From positions 393,390,001-393,454,000 of the forward strand of contig OZ024741.1 of NCBI GenBank assembly GCA_964016885.1: 64,000 nt of DNA, written 5' to 3'. Position numbers and translations under genes: made by a program. The notes under the pieces are model-generated. The model saw only the letters and a program-made list of their open reading frames with translations, was not told the origin of the DNA and ran no database searches. The DNA comes from Eledone cirrhosa. Lineage: Eukaryota. Shown here in pieces: positions 1 through 12,699 of the stretch. Numbering within the stretch: the stretch's first letter is position 1; the number at the start of each line of letters is the position of its first letter.

Positions 1-846
1 GGCTAAGATGGGACAGTACAGCAGCATCACCAACATTATTTGCTACTCTCTGAAGATGTACATAAGCTAATGAATATTATATACGCGAAGTAAAATACTT
101 GTACAAAAAAATCAGAATCGGATGATTATGATAATAATAATAATTAAAACAATCAATCAATCATTAATGATGTTCAAACAATCAAGTAAATATACATATT
201 CCTCCACAAAAAATGATGGAAAAAAATAGACATGGCGATAGTGATGTATAATTTTGTATCAAACTTTATTAAAAGTTAGTGGTTGGATGAAAAATAATTC
301 TCTAGGGAAAAGAAATGTGTGAGAAATAACAAAAAGAATGAATGATATAAATTGCGACATCACTCAATAGAAGGTTACTTACGAAAAGTGATTCTTCACC
401 ATGTTGGAGAGAGCTCCGCTTGAGTTGACCTCCTAGAATTGAACTCTTCAAACAGAAGAGAGTTACACTAGAAATATTCTTTCAAAGCAAAAGAGCTCCT
501 CTGCATCTTTGCTAGAATTATCTTCACTGTTCACTGTGATTATATCTATAACATCATCGTTATATATAACACTCCCTCTCTCTTTTTAAAAGTATTAATA
601 ATTTGATGCGATCATAAAATTAAAAGTCAATTCATTAAATATTCTATTAGATACCATATTTTACTGTGCACATCTATTTGATTCTAAATTTGTAAACATT
701 CCCGTTCGATATTTGAAATTTAATAGACGTACCTTTCCAGTAACAAGCATAACTCAAAACTTCAAAACATCTGACTGAACTATCTAAAAGACTACTACTT
801 TTGAAGAGACGCCAGAAAAGTTGGCAATTTTTCGAAAATGGAATCT
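1..846 (-). other. Putative small exons of a minus-strand spliced transcript (846-733, 432-383, 49-<1), product unknown
   Basis: Splice-like sites on minus: ttttaacag|846...733|gtacgt; ttctag|432...383|gtaagt; cttcag|49. The three can be joined in one open frame (IPFSKNCQLFWRLFKSSSLLDSSVRCFEVLSYACYWKGGQLKRSSLQHGEESLFRVANNVGDAAVLSHLS). No family recognised; could be UTR or chance. Confidence 0.25.
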
Positions 847-1861
847 CTGTTAAAAATCCATTTACTACTAATAAAAAATCTGATGATATTTTACTTGAGG
901 TCTTTTAATTTTTTTTTTTTTTATTTTTTTTTTTTTTTACTACTAACACAATTTTGACTGAGATAATAATGTAGGCAAATTGAAAATTCATTAAATGTAT
1001 AGATGTTTTGATCTTGTACTGATAATTTTAGTTGATGGTTTGGGGTTTTTTGTTATTTTTTTTTTTTTTTTTTTTTTTGCTAAAAAGTATGTATTTTGCT
1101 ATATACTGTAAAGGAAGATTAGCTGTTTCAGGAAAAGTAATCGATACTCATAAATCAGTTTCCCCCTAACAAACTATGAAATAGTCTGCTGGAATCCACA
1201 AAAACTGTGACTAAATTTTGTTTGTAAAATACACAGGTAGCATGTTGTAATGCATCTAAGCACTGTACACAATAATTTTCATTATTATTTTAAAATAGAA
1301 TGAAGATTATTATTAATGAAAGATTTTATGTCAAATTAATCACTTTAAAAGTTGAAATATATTAGAAATATTCATGTGCTCTTTGTGGCAGTGGATTGGT
1401 AAATGAATAAAATGCTTTAAGGAATTTAGTTATGCCTTTTTACATACTGACTTGTCGTTCATTCTTTTGAGGTTTGATATAATTAGTAGCAGCGAGGAAC
1501 GGCAATCAATCTTTATAGGAGGAAGTATCTTAAATTAAGATCATTATGTCAAGAAAAAGAAAGGATTAGTTGTAAATGACCAATTGGAGCAGTTTTGGTT
1601 ATAGATAACAAGAATGTTAAGATGTAACACTGAGTGATGGTAGATAGATAAAAGGAATATAATGGAAAGCAACAACTGTCTTGGACCAGAAATTGTTACA
1701 TATAAAAATATTATCTGTTCAAAAATATGTACATTTAAACGAATTTATATGAAAGGTCAACACTTAGCAGGGTCGAAAAGCACATTTCATTGAGGACTAC
1801 AATCAAATTGATAAACCATATTTAGCACTTTCCTAACCATGTATTTCACATACCTTCTTTC

Positions 1862-4800
1862 ATCTTCTTGCTCTTGCTTAATGAGGTCATCCTAAGCCAG
1901 CAATCTGATGCATAGAGCTAACAAGGTCCACCAGCACCCTCCATCGTTGGCGGTCCCCTGCCAGTTCTTCAGCATCCTCCAAGGTAATGTCGAGCCTCTG
2001 AAGATCTTCCCTGGTGATATCCAGCCATCAGCTGCAGGGCCTGCCATGGGGCCTCTTCCAGCTGCAGTTACTAAGTCGAATGAGAGTAAGGCCCATGTAG
2101 GGTGATCTGGTGGAAAGTGGACGACATGTCCATACCAGCACATACGGCAGATAGCTATTAGGTGGAAAGCTATGGGATGATACGTGCATGCACGCAATAC
2201 TTTGTTGGAAACGTGGTCCCATCTGATGGTCCTCAGGGCTCTCCTATTGAAGTTGTCAATCCTCTTTGCCAGGGTCTACATTTCTACTTCATACAGGAGA
2301 ACGGAGAGGACTGATGCATTGTAAATATGGCGATTGAGCAATGGGACTTCCATTGGGAGTACATGGCCCCAGCAACTAGGCCACTTCTGCAGTTGAACTG
2401 CAGGGTCAGCTTTCCATTGCTGGTGACAGTCGAGCCCAGGTAACTGAAGGAGCTGACAAACTCCACGGCGTCGGGGCTGATATGAAGCGGAGGAGGATCC
2501 AGGCCATTGCCGACATGCAACAGTTTTGTCTTCACCCAGCTTACCTGAAGGCCAAGCTATGCTGACTCCTTCCAGTATATGGTCAGTGCATCTCAGCTGA
2601 TTGACCGTCTGCATACTCCAGATCAGTTAGGTGGTAATTCCTGAAGGTAACGCCAGAAACTTGCTCACAAACCTTGGTTATCAGATAGTCAATGACACAG
2701 TTGAAGAGGTCGAGGGAAGCCATTCAGCCCTGTCTGACTCCGCTGTTGATGGGGTATCAGCCGGAGTCCTTCCCGTTCACCTGCACGCAGCTCTCAGAAC
2801 TGTTGGAACAGGGTGATGATCTTGGGAGGCGTGCCGACAAGCTGGAGAACTTTCCAGAAGGATGTGTGGTTGACTGTGTCGAAGGCCGCCTTGAGGTCAA
2901 CAAAGGTGACATAGAGGCAGTGATATCTACGGAACTCCCAAGATCTTTTGATAATAAGGCAGAGAGCAGAAATGTCTGTGGTGGATCGATTCGGCATGAA
3001 TCCAGCTTGTGAGCGATGTCCACTTCTGATGTCTAGCAGAGCATGGTCCACTTCTGATATCTAGCAGAGCATGGTCCACTTCTGATGTCTAGCAGAGCAT
3101 GGTCCACTTCTGATGTCTAGAAGAGCATGGTCCACTTCTGATGTCTAGCAGAGCATGGTCCACTTCTGATGTCTAGCAGAGCATGGTCCACTTCTGATGT
3201 CTAGCAGAGCATGGTCCACTTCTGATGTCTAGAAGAGCATGGTCCACTTCTGATGTCTAGCAGAGCATGGTCCACTTCTGATGTCTAGAAGAGCATGGTC
3301 CACTTCTGATGTCTAGCAGAGCATGATCCACTTCTGATGTCTAGCAGAGCATGGTCCACTTCTGATGTCTAGCAGAGCATGGTCCACTTCTGATGTCTAG
3401 AAGAGCATGGTTGAGGAGGATCTTCGTGAAGACCTTGCTTGGAATAGAGAGAAGTGTGATGCCCCTGTGGTTGCTACAGTCAGTTTGCTACCCTTCCATT
3501 TCCAGAAGGGGAGAGTAATGCCTTGGTTCCAATCATTTGGGAGCTGCTCTGACACCCATACATGGTTCATTATACAGGTGAGCCACTGGATCATGTTACC
3601 TCCACCCACCTTCAACATCTCTGCAGTGATAGTGCAGATTCTTGTTGCCTTGTGGTTTTTGAGCTTCTTTAGGATGGCTCTGACTTCATCAGGAGTGACA
3701 GGATGGAATCTACTGAAGCCATGTCTGTGGTGGTTGTTAAGCAGGGATCGATTGGGATTGGTGGTTGATGTAGAAAGTTGAAGTCCTCCTTCTAGCGGTT
3801 GAGACAGGTGATTTCAGTGGTGATGACTTTGCTATTAGTATCCTTCACCAAGGCTGTCTTGATCCAGGGACCGGCACAAGCTCTGCAGAGTGTGTTAAAT
3901 ACTTGGCTGAGGTTGTTGTTCCTTGCCACTATCTCCAGGCACTCGGCTTCTTCTGCCCAAAACTTCTCCCAGTCATCCTTGATGGCCTTGTTGCATAACC
4001 GGTTGAGCTGGCGGTACTCATTCATGTCACCGCACAGGTGAGCCTTGCAGTGACAGTTGATTATCTCTAGCATCCGCAGTGAAATCCAGGGCTGTTTGGG
4101 AAGAGGTCTTGAGTTTACCAGGATGTCACGCGCAGACTGGTAGATGCTTGATTTAAAGATCTCTCAGTTGTCGGTCTCATCCTCAGCCAGGATGCTGAAG
4201 TGACTGACGATAGAGCACAGAAATGTAGAGATCACGGATATAAGATGAGTCAGGGTGGGGCAGGTACATGGTATCAGTGTCCGCTTGCAACTTCAGTCTC
4301 AGTGTCACAACCTGCAACTGATGATCAGTATTGCTGAACTAAGCTCCTCTGTAGAGGCAGTTGAGGACAATCAACCTCCAGTGACCTCAAATGACCTCCA
4401 GGAGATGATGATGTAGTCAATTGCCTTGTGGGTGTAACTGTCCAGACTGTACCAGATCCAGTGATGGATGAGTTTGCTGGGTCGATGAAGTGTTTACACA
4501 GATTGTAATGACAGAGGAGCAGCAGGCGATCACTGATGTCATTAGTGGATGGGTTGGCGACGGTTGTGCCAATGGGCTGAGTCTGCAAAGGGTCAGTTGG
4601 GGTAAGCCTGGCAGAAGAAAAGATGATACGTTGACATCTGTCAGAATGATTGTGATGTCATGGGGTAGGATTTGTCCCAAGACCTGTTGAGGCTGGTTGT
4701 AAAAGTCATTGACAGTGACCTCTGTGATGTCTGTAGGGGTGTAGGCAACGATGATAGTCATCTTCTCGTGCTGGTGGAGAAAAGGGGCAGACAGCAAATG

Positions 4801-5330
4801 GTCTGCTTGGGCATGGTCAGTGTCACACCGCAGAGGCCCGTCCTATCCTCAGGGTCACTCCAGATGAGGGAGTGGTTTGCTGCCAGGCCAGTGTGTCGCA
4901 GAGTCCCATCAGTGTGATGTAGTAGTGTGATAACTCTTGGGACAGCAGGGTAGCTGCTCCAGGGCAAAGGAACGACAGGACATTTTATGTGGCAACACAA
5001 ATTTTGTGGCACAAATCAATTTTTCATTGGTGGTGGGGCATGCAGGGGTCCATTCTGATGTTGGGCAGTCTGGTTTCTTCTTGTCTGTTTCTTAACAGGT
5101 TGATGGTTCTTCTGGGCAGGTTGTTGGCCCTTCGCAGAATAGTCAGTGATGGGGCTGTCATCTTGGTGGCGTGCTGACACGCTGCCAGTCACTGTTGGTC
5201 TGGAACCTCCCCAAGGGATCGGCCCACCTTGGGTGGCCCTACCAGGAGCAAAGCTCCAGGCGGTAATGCTCTCTTGGATTTATGGAACACACAAGCCCCC
5301 TCGTCATGATAAGACCAGACCCAGAAGGAT
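1862..5330 (-). mobile_element. RTE-clade non-LTR retrotransposon, near full length, decayed (APE + RT)
   Basis: Minus-strand fragments: APE-like MTIIVAYTPTD...DFYNQ...DITIILTDVN (4417-4797); pre-RT LPNDWNQGITLPFWKWKG (3397-3618); RT QAGFMPNRSTTD...FVDLKAAFDTVNH (2794-3051); C-terminal WYGHVV...WKRPHGRP. RTE-type 5' region at about 5190-5315. Many stops and frameshifts. Confidence 0.9.
3013..3411. repeat. 28-bp tandem repeat, about 14 copies, inside the RTE RT region
   Basis: Unit GCATGGTCCACTTCTGATGTCTAGCAGA recurs every 28 bp from 3013 to 3404 with single-base variants and no spacers. Confidence 0.97.
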
Positions 5331-5476
5331 GCCTATATATTTTAATTAATTTTGAAAATAATCAAGAATGTGGAGGTGCAGTAAAATAGCTAACTTTGTA
5401 GTTAATCATTTTTATTTTATTTTTATGTTTTTGTGGAAGGGGGGGGGGGGGGGTTCTAATGTAAATATCTCATTAG

Positions 5477-5760
5477 GGATGTGACAGTTAGCGACTCTTG
5501 TTCCATCCCATATCCACATTATTGGCAAACGGTTTTTTCAGCCTGTAGCTTTTGAGACATTTTGGGGGAAATGAGCCACTGACAATGAGGGTCTTGTCAG
5601 CTTTCCTTACCAACATATCAGCTGATGTTCATGAGAGTGCTTGGTTTACTCCTGTGCCTTAGTCTTGCTATCACTTGTGGAAATGCTGTGTGTTGGCTTG
5701 CCTCAAACATTATCAGAGGGTAACTCCAGCATTCCCTCTTGCGGTGTACATCTTCAGCAT
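5477..5760 (+). mobile_element. Degenerate restriction-like endonuclease (RLE) 3' fragment of a CRE-like non-LTR element
   Basis: Frameshifted translation gives (W)DVTVSDS ... FQPVAFETF(G) ... QRGNS, the motif order of CRE-type RLE domains. Confidence 0.55.
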
Positions 5761-6092
5761 TTTCTTTCCTTAATTTTTTTTTCTAATTACTTTATTACTT
5801 CAAATTGTTAATCTTTTGATAAATTATGTCAAATAGTTAATTGTGCCTCTAATGAGAATTCAGGACCCACCAACATCACTTTTTTCCCGATGAGAATTAT
5901 GAATATACAGCTTCATATAGATTAGTATTGGTACCATTGCCCATGGTCCCTGACTTTCAGTAATGAGGATGATATGAGATCGAACCAGTTAATCTAATGT
6001 TTGAACATAACTAAAGTTTCTTACACCTTTTTAAACACACAGTCATGCCTGCACCTCATTTTATTAATAATTTATAATAATAATTATTATAA

Positions 6093-6280
6093 ATAATTGT
6101 TTCTACTTTTGGCACAAGGCCAGCAATTATCCAGTACATTACTGGTACTTTATTTTATCGATCCCGTAAGGATGAAAGGCAAAGTTAACCTCGGCGGGAT
6201 TTGAACTCAGACCATAAAGGGCCGTAACTTTTTGCTGCAAACCATGGCGTCAGACCCTCTACCGATACTGCCAATCCACC
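6093..6280 (-). mobile_element. tRNA-derived SINE, family A (full copy)
   Basis: Minus strand: A-box-like TGGCAGTATCGG, B-box GAGTTCAAATCC, body TTTGCCTTTCATCCTTACGGG..GATAAAATAAAGTACCAG, (ATT)n tail; more than 10 copies in the window. Confidence 0.9.
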
Positions 6281-6930
6281 ACTGACAAATATATTTAAAA
6301 TGGCCCTGTATTAGCATAATGTTTCAAGTGTGTTACTTAGAAGAAATTTAAAGAATGTTTAATCTGAAATTTTATTTCTATAAAGATATCTGTACAAAAA
6401 ATGTCAATTAAATGTGGGCAATGAAGACATAAGACTTTCTTCACAGATATAAAAGTGATGTTAACATTTTTATTTCATAAGCAACAATTATAAAAATGTT
6501 GAAGACTAAAGTGAAAGACTTAATCACCATTTTCTCCCTGTAAAATGACATTCTGGAAACCGTATAATTATTTTCTTATTTTTATTCATTTCATCAGTAA
6601 ACTGACTATTTATGATTGTTCTTTCATTTAAAATTAATTGGCAGTGATTCATTAAATTAATAAATAAAAAAATGTGTGTTATTTCTTACAACATTTTTTT
6701 AGCAATCAATTTAGGTAGCCAAATAACAAATTGCTTCTTTAAATCAATACCCTTTTGAAACTTTGAATCAGTACAAGAAAATATTTATTTTTAAGCAATT
6801 TTGTTTTTAGAGTGAGATGACATAGGAGCAAATGTTATTTGTGAACAGTTGCAATTTGTCAGCTCTAACAAAAATATGCAGGAATAGTTCTGGTGAAGTA
6901 GGATTGGTTGGTGCGAAGCGTAGGAAGAGG

Positions 6931-7850
6931 CATCATCATCATCATCGTTTTTATTTCCATTTTTCCATGAATGTATGGGTTGGACAGGTTCTTTTTAGCA
7001 CAGCATTTCTCTACTTGTCACATTTCTTCATCATCTCCTCTGTGATCCTCAGTGATTTGAGATCAGCTCTCATCACCTCTGCTCAGGGCTTCTTTTGTCT
7101 ATCTCTACTGTGGCTTCCTACTACTGGGATTTCCTGGCACTTCTTCACCCAACAATCATCATCCATGTGCATTACATGTTTGTACCAATGCAGTTTTCTC
7201 TCTTGTACACCACTTCAGATTCCTCTTAAACCCAGTTTCTCCCTCAGGTCATCCAAGCTCTGTCTTTCTCTCACATTTACATTGCACACCTAACAATGCA
7301 TGGTAGCTTCATTTCTCTCCAGCTTGCACTTATCCTCTGCAGTCACTGCCTGTATTTCACTACCATGCAGCATCACACTTTGCACATAGGTATCATACAA
7401 CTGTCCATTTGTAAGCAGGGATAAACCATTTGTTGTCAACAATGGAAGTAACTCTCTAAATGTCTTCCATCCTATCCTTATTCTAGCTATTATGCACGCA
7501 GAGCACACTTTTCTGTGATTTGGGTCACCTAGATAGCAGAAGCTATCAATCACTTCTATGGACTCTTCATGTGATTTGAAAAAAATTATATCACCTACAC
7601 TCTTCCCTTCCTGTTAGTCTACCTGTTATCCCACTACATTTCTTGTGTACCTGAGATTTACATTGTGTACATCGTATAGAGTTTATGCCTACTCCTTTTC
7701 AACATACTGAGCAGGGCTACTTCCCAGGAAGAATCTTTCCTACTCACTAGCTCTTTAGTTTTGGCTAACTTTACTTTCAAACCTTTTGATTCCAAATTCT
7801 ATTTCCTCACTAAACTCACTTAACTGACAGCTCCTCTGTACATGGGTTGT
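6931..7850 (-). mobile_element. RTE-type LINE 3' portion with (GAT)n tail
   Basis: SFCYLGD...RIRIGWKTFRELLPLLT...VMLHGSE...LERNEATM (7290-7553); same family as 63418-63975. Confidence 0.85.
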
Positions 7851-8269
7851 ACTGCTCTCACAAGGCATTCTTCTACACCTAAATGATGATGATGATGTTT
7901 TCATAGTCAGAACTTATTCACTAGTTCTTTTATGGATTCAGCTATAAGGACCAGATCATCTACATAGAGAAGTTCCCATGGACAGCCAGTTTTAAACATA
8001 TATATCTCATGAAGAGAATCATAGTCTTGATTGAGTTTTCACCATAATCGATAGTTGGTGATCAATATTAATTATTGTAATCGATGGTGAACATTCATTT
8101 TTTTCTGATTCTCAGAAACAGCTCTGTCTATGATTGGATGGTCATGTTTAGAAGTACGACTATTTAAATATAACTTAATCGTTATGTGAGTACTGTATTT
8201 CTATTAAGACCCAACCCCCCACGGGTACAAGCTAAAGCTGAAGCATATAGACAATATGCCCCCACCCTC

Positions 8270-8527
8270 CTCCCACTGCAAAGTGGTCGTGGAGGTGCCA
8301 CGGCAAAAAGCACCCAGCCCACACCGTAAAGTGGACGTGTAGGCACCACGGAAAAAAAGCACCCAGCACTCACTGTAAATGAGGTTGGTGTTAGGAAGGG
8401 CATCCAGCTGTAGAAATCAAGCCAGAATCAGTTCCTGTATGAGCAAGACAAGGTCAGCCGACTGGACACTGCCCACAACAGGACAACCCATCTAACCTAT
8501 GGTAGCGTGGAAGAACGGACGTAAAAC

Positions 8528-8556
<29 letters not shown>
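8270..8556 (+). mobile_element. SINE family B (3' part) with (GAT)n tail
   Basis: Shared core TGGTGTTAGGAAGGGCATCCAGCTGTAGAAA and tail GGAAGAACGGACGTAAAACGATGATG; matches copies at 21850, 57280 and 60949. Confidence 0.85.
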
Positions 8557-8558
<2 letters not shown>

Positions 8559-8624
8559 ATATATATATATATGATGGCGATGTGCTAGAAATAATAATAA
8601 AACACACTTACTATTTGGTTTGGA

Positions 8625-11476
8625 TAATAATAATAATTTCTTTATCAACCATAAGGGTTGACATAAACTATAACATTAAGGACAGTACAGGACAGTACAA
8701 ATGGGCATTTCTGCATGTAAAGAAAAAACAAAGGTAATGATAAAAAAGGAACAAAGGAAAATTCCCCAATAGGGGAGACTTCCGAGGGAATCTCATGGAG
8801 AAAGCCTGTAATGGAATACTCCTATGTTTTACCTGGCGAAGATTTGAAATCAAATCTAAGAGTTCTCACCTCTGGGAATACCTATTGTGGGGAGGTCTCA
8901 CCATTGTCCTGTCAAGAGACAACTATGATAAACATATATACCACTTGACCTGTGACCCCAGCTTCTTGACAGATAAAACACACATAGCTGCTTATAAATC
9001 AACCCATATACACATCCTTCTGGCTATAGCGTTATTATAAATACAATGGCTTCAAGAAAGGGAGCTGACATAGTGATAACACAGATGAGAGAAGAAAGTT
9101 CTGCTAACACTATTCAGGAATACCAGTTTGTTTACTATGCTCTCACATTTCATACCATCTCGACAGATTGACCACTACTACTAGGAATAACGTATACTAA
9201 AAATAGACACACACACATAGTAAGTTTCATTATATTATTTACTTCTATGCTTTATCTATTCTTTCGACTCCCTGTCATATTGTACTACTGTAAGATACAA
9301 CACAACTTTTACTATATCGTTTTTTTGTGATACATGCATTTACGCTAGCTCGAAGAAGCTAGTAAGAAATTAATGTAGTGATAATTGCTGTCACAATTTT
9401 GTTACTCGATATTCAATGTATCAACAAGTGAATATTGTTATTGTAAAATAAACATTGTCAACATCACAATTCTGGCATCATTCTTTTTATCATTCATCCT
9501 TAAAAGAATATATTTATCCACTACAAGCCCATTAAAAACGCCACAGTGATCCTGACCACCAGGGCAAGTGCCCTATCCCAGTTTTCCACCTTCAATTTAC
9601 AGGCACATACTTAGAGCAGGCCCATTCACTTGGGCCATGCTTACGTTTCTCACCCATCTTTCAACAAATTGCTGGGAAGAGAGCACTTCCCTCTCCACCC
9701 TGATTTTCCTTTTCAAATAAAATTTGAAAAAAGTTAATCAGGGCATCACCGGAGAGGTAAATGCTCTTCTTCAGCCCTTTCAAATGCGTCCACCACACGA
9801 TCTCTTTCGCCATGGCTACCAGGCAGATAAAAACTGCCTGCCCTTCCTGGCTAAAGGAAGACGGAAGGGCAATCCTCACAATGGACTCAGCTGATAGCCG
9901 GATCTGGCCTACACACGACAGCAGGTGTTCGACTTGAACCCACAAGTCAGCAATGCTCTGACACAGGACGAATGCGTGCAGGATGGTTTCATCGCCCTGC
10001 GTGCATCTCAGACATGCCCGGCTGACGGCACTTCCATGCCTGTAGAGTTTATCTGAACTGGCAAAGCTCCTCGGTAGCACTGCCAGGCCAGGGATTTCTG
10101 GAAGTTGTCCATAGGCCCGAAAGTTCTCCCGAAGAGATTGGCTAGTTGATTTTCGTCAACGCCCAGAGTCTCCCCAAGGACATCGTTACTCTTTCCCTCC
10201 ACTAACCCTCCATAGAACACCAAGGTGGAGTTTCCACCGATCGCATTGGTTGAGGGTTGTGAGTGCCTGAAGACATTCCAGTCTCCAAGCGCTTCCTTTC
10301 GGTTTCTGATTGACCCAAGACAGCAGCTCCGTCAAGAAGACAAGCCGGGGAAATACGCTTCTAGCAAACGTCGACCACACCTGATCACCGTCGAGGAAGA
10401 GGTGGAGATGCTGTAGCCTGAGCACATGTTTGCGCATCATCAGCCACGGCATGCCCAGCCCTCCATGTAGTGGGTGTTGACAGATAGGGGCCGCCTGACC
10501 ATCGGAGTGCATCCCTTCCAGAAAAAGTGAAAGAGGAAATGCTCCGATGCAGTCAGGCAAGGCTTAGGACAAGGCACGATGGTCAGGCGGTAGTAGATGA
10601 CGGATGCGATGTACGCGTTCGCCTCCTCCGCTCGACCTTTCAGGGATAGCGAACCAGACCCCCTAGCAATTTAACTGGTCCGTCCATTCAGCACCTGAAG
10701 ACGCTGTTGGAGAGCATGGACCCACCGCAGGCCTACTGACTTTTCCTGGTTAATCATTTGCTCCTTTCACTGCCTCGTATTCTCTTAGTGCAGTGTCGAT
10801 CGCCTGGATGTGTTTGGCATTCGACACCACTATGGTGATGTCGTCGGCATATGCTGACATGGTTCTCCCGCATCCTAGTTAATGCGAGACGCCTCTCAAC
10901 ATCTCCAGTTTGTGCAGTAATGGCTCGACAGTCAATACGTACAACAGGGACAAGAGGGGACATCCTTGGCAGACCGAGCGCATGATGTTGAATGGTTCTG
11001 AAAGGTGATTGTTCACTCTCACCACAGAGCAGATGTTGCTGTGCATGGCAGCAATCCAGCCACTGAAGACGGGCTGAAAGCTGGCCGCCGTCAGGACCAC
11101 TGCCAGATAACAATGGTCAACCCTATCGAAAGCTTTCGACTGATCTAAATTGATCAAAGACCCACTCAAGCCAGGGTTGTTAGCTACCCTCTGCACGATG
11201 TATCGCATGAGGTGGAGGTTGTCGTGGATGGATCTGTCTAGAATGGCACATGTCTGCGTCTCTCCCACCAGACCACCGACAACAAGTGCCAACCTATTAG
11301 CTAGCACCTTGGCCAAAATCTTGACCTCTGCATTTAGCAGAGTTATGGACCTGAAATTATCTATTTTGTCCCCCTTGTTCGGGTCCTTTCTCAGCAGCGC
11401 TACCGCTCCTCGGCTCACAGAGCTGAGAATTCTCCTATTCTGCTGCCAGTTGCAGTAGATGTCTGGCATGTGTATG
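8625..11476 (-). mobile_element. Tx1/L1-clade LINE copy A (RT to 3' end, 5'-truncated), interrupted by a solo LTR
   Basis: RT NFRSITLLNAEVKILAKVLANRL...LDQSKAFDRVDH...QGCPL...AYADD; GGLGMP; C-terminal CCHC CLRC...ETILHAFVLC; 3' UTR with (TTA)n tail at 8625-8806 matches 11629-11835. Confidence 0.9.
8807..9525 (+). mobile_element. Solo LTR (719 bp) inserted in the 3' UTR of Tx1 copy A
   Basis: Termini TGTAATGGA...TCCACTACA (inverted, TG...CA); 4-bp TSD AGCC at 8803-8806 and 9526-9529; TATAAA near 9036 and AATAAA near 9447; removing it restores the Tx1 3' UTR seen intact at 11820-11890. Confidence 0.8.
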
Positions 11477-11482
11477 TAAAGC

Positions 11483-11627
11483 AATAATAATTGTTTCTAC
11501 TTTAGGCACAAGGCCAACAATTACCCAGTGTATTACTGGTATTTTTATTTTATCGACCCCGTAAGGATGAAAGGGCCATAACTCTATGCTGCAAAGCATG
11601 GCGTCTGACGCTCTACCGATACTGCCA

Positions 11628-11628
<1 letters not shown>
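11483..11628 (-). mobile_element. SINE family A (internally deleted)
   Basis: Same head and tail as 6093-6280 with the B-box segment missing. Confidence 0.85.
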
Positions 11629-11658
<30 letters not shown>

Positions 11659-12695
11659 CTTTCTTTATTAACCACAAGAGTTGACACAAAATATAACATT
11701 AAGGACAACACAGGACGGTACAAATGGGCATTTCTGCGTGTAAAAATCAAAAACAGAGTGTGACAAAAAACGTAACAATGAAAAATTCCCCAATAGGGGG
11801 GAAACTTCTGAGGGTTGCTAATGGAGAAAGCCCACAAGAAAAGTCACGGTTACCCTGACTGCTAGGGAAAATGCCCTCTTCCAGTTTTCCTCCTAGGATG
11901 CTACAGGCACACGCTTAGGGTAGGCCCATTCACACGGACCATTCTTGCCTCTCTCACCCACCTTTCAACAAACTGGCTAGAGATCAGCAATCCCTCTCCA
12001 CCATGATTTTCCTTTTCAGGTGAAACCAGAAAAAGTTAATGAGGGTGTCACCGAAGAGGAAAGTACCTGTCTTCAACCCTTTCGGACATGTCAACCATAC
12101 AATCTCTTTTACCATGGCAACCAGGCAGATAAAAACTGCCTGCCCTTCTCGGCTAAAGAAGGTGGCGGGGAAATTTTCACGATGGACTCACCTGTTAGCA
12201 GAGATCCATTCTACACGTGAGAGCAGGTGTTCGGCATAAACCCACAAGTCAGCAATGCTCGGACACTGGACAAGTGCGTGCAGGACGGTTTCATCAGCCT
12301 GCGCGCATCTCAGACAGGCCCGACTGACGGCACTTCCATGCCTGTAGAGTTTATCCCGAACTGGCAAGGCTCCTCGGTAGCACTGCCAGGCGAGGGATTT
12401 CTGGAAGTTGGCCATGGGCCCCGGCCCGAAAGTTCTCCTGAAGAGATTGGCTAGTTGATTTTCATCGATGCCCAGAGTCTCGCCAAGGATGTCGCTGCTC
12501 TTTCCCTTCACTAACGTTCTATAGAACACTAAGGTGGAGTTTCCAGCGATTGTATTGCTCGACTGGTCGAGGGCTGTAAGCGCCTGAAGACATTCCAGTC
12601 TCCAAGCGCTTCCTCTCGGTCTTCGCTTGACCCAGGACTGCAGCTCTACCAAGAAGAGACGAGCTGAGGAAATACGCTTCTAGCAAAGGGCGACC
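11629..12695 (-). mobile_element. Tx1/L1-clade LINE copy B (3' kilobase)
   Basis: (TTA)n tail, 3' UTR, ORF end FQKSLAWQCYRGALPVRDKLYRHG...CLRC...HALVQC (12188-12652). Confidence 0.9.
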
Positions 12696-12699
12696 ATGA

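Noticed and set aside
3013-3411. CRISPR-like array (28-bp repeats)
   Set aside because: Units are contiguous with no unique spacers, derive from LINE coding sequence, and no cas genes are present in this eukaryotic DNA.
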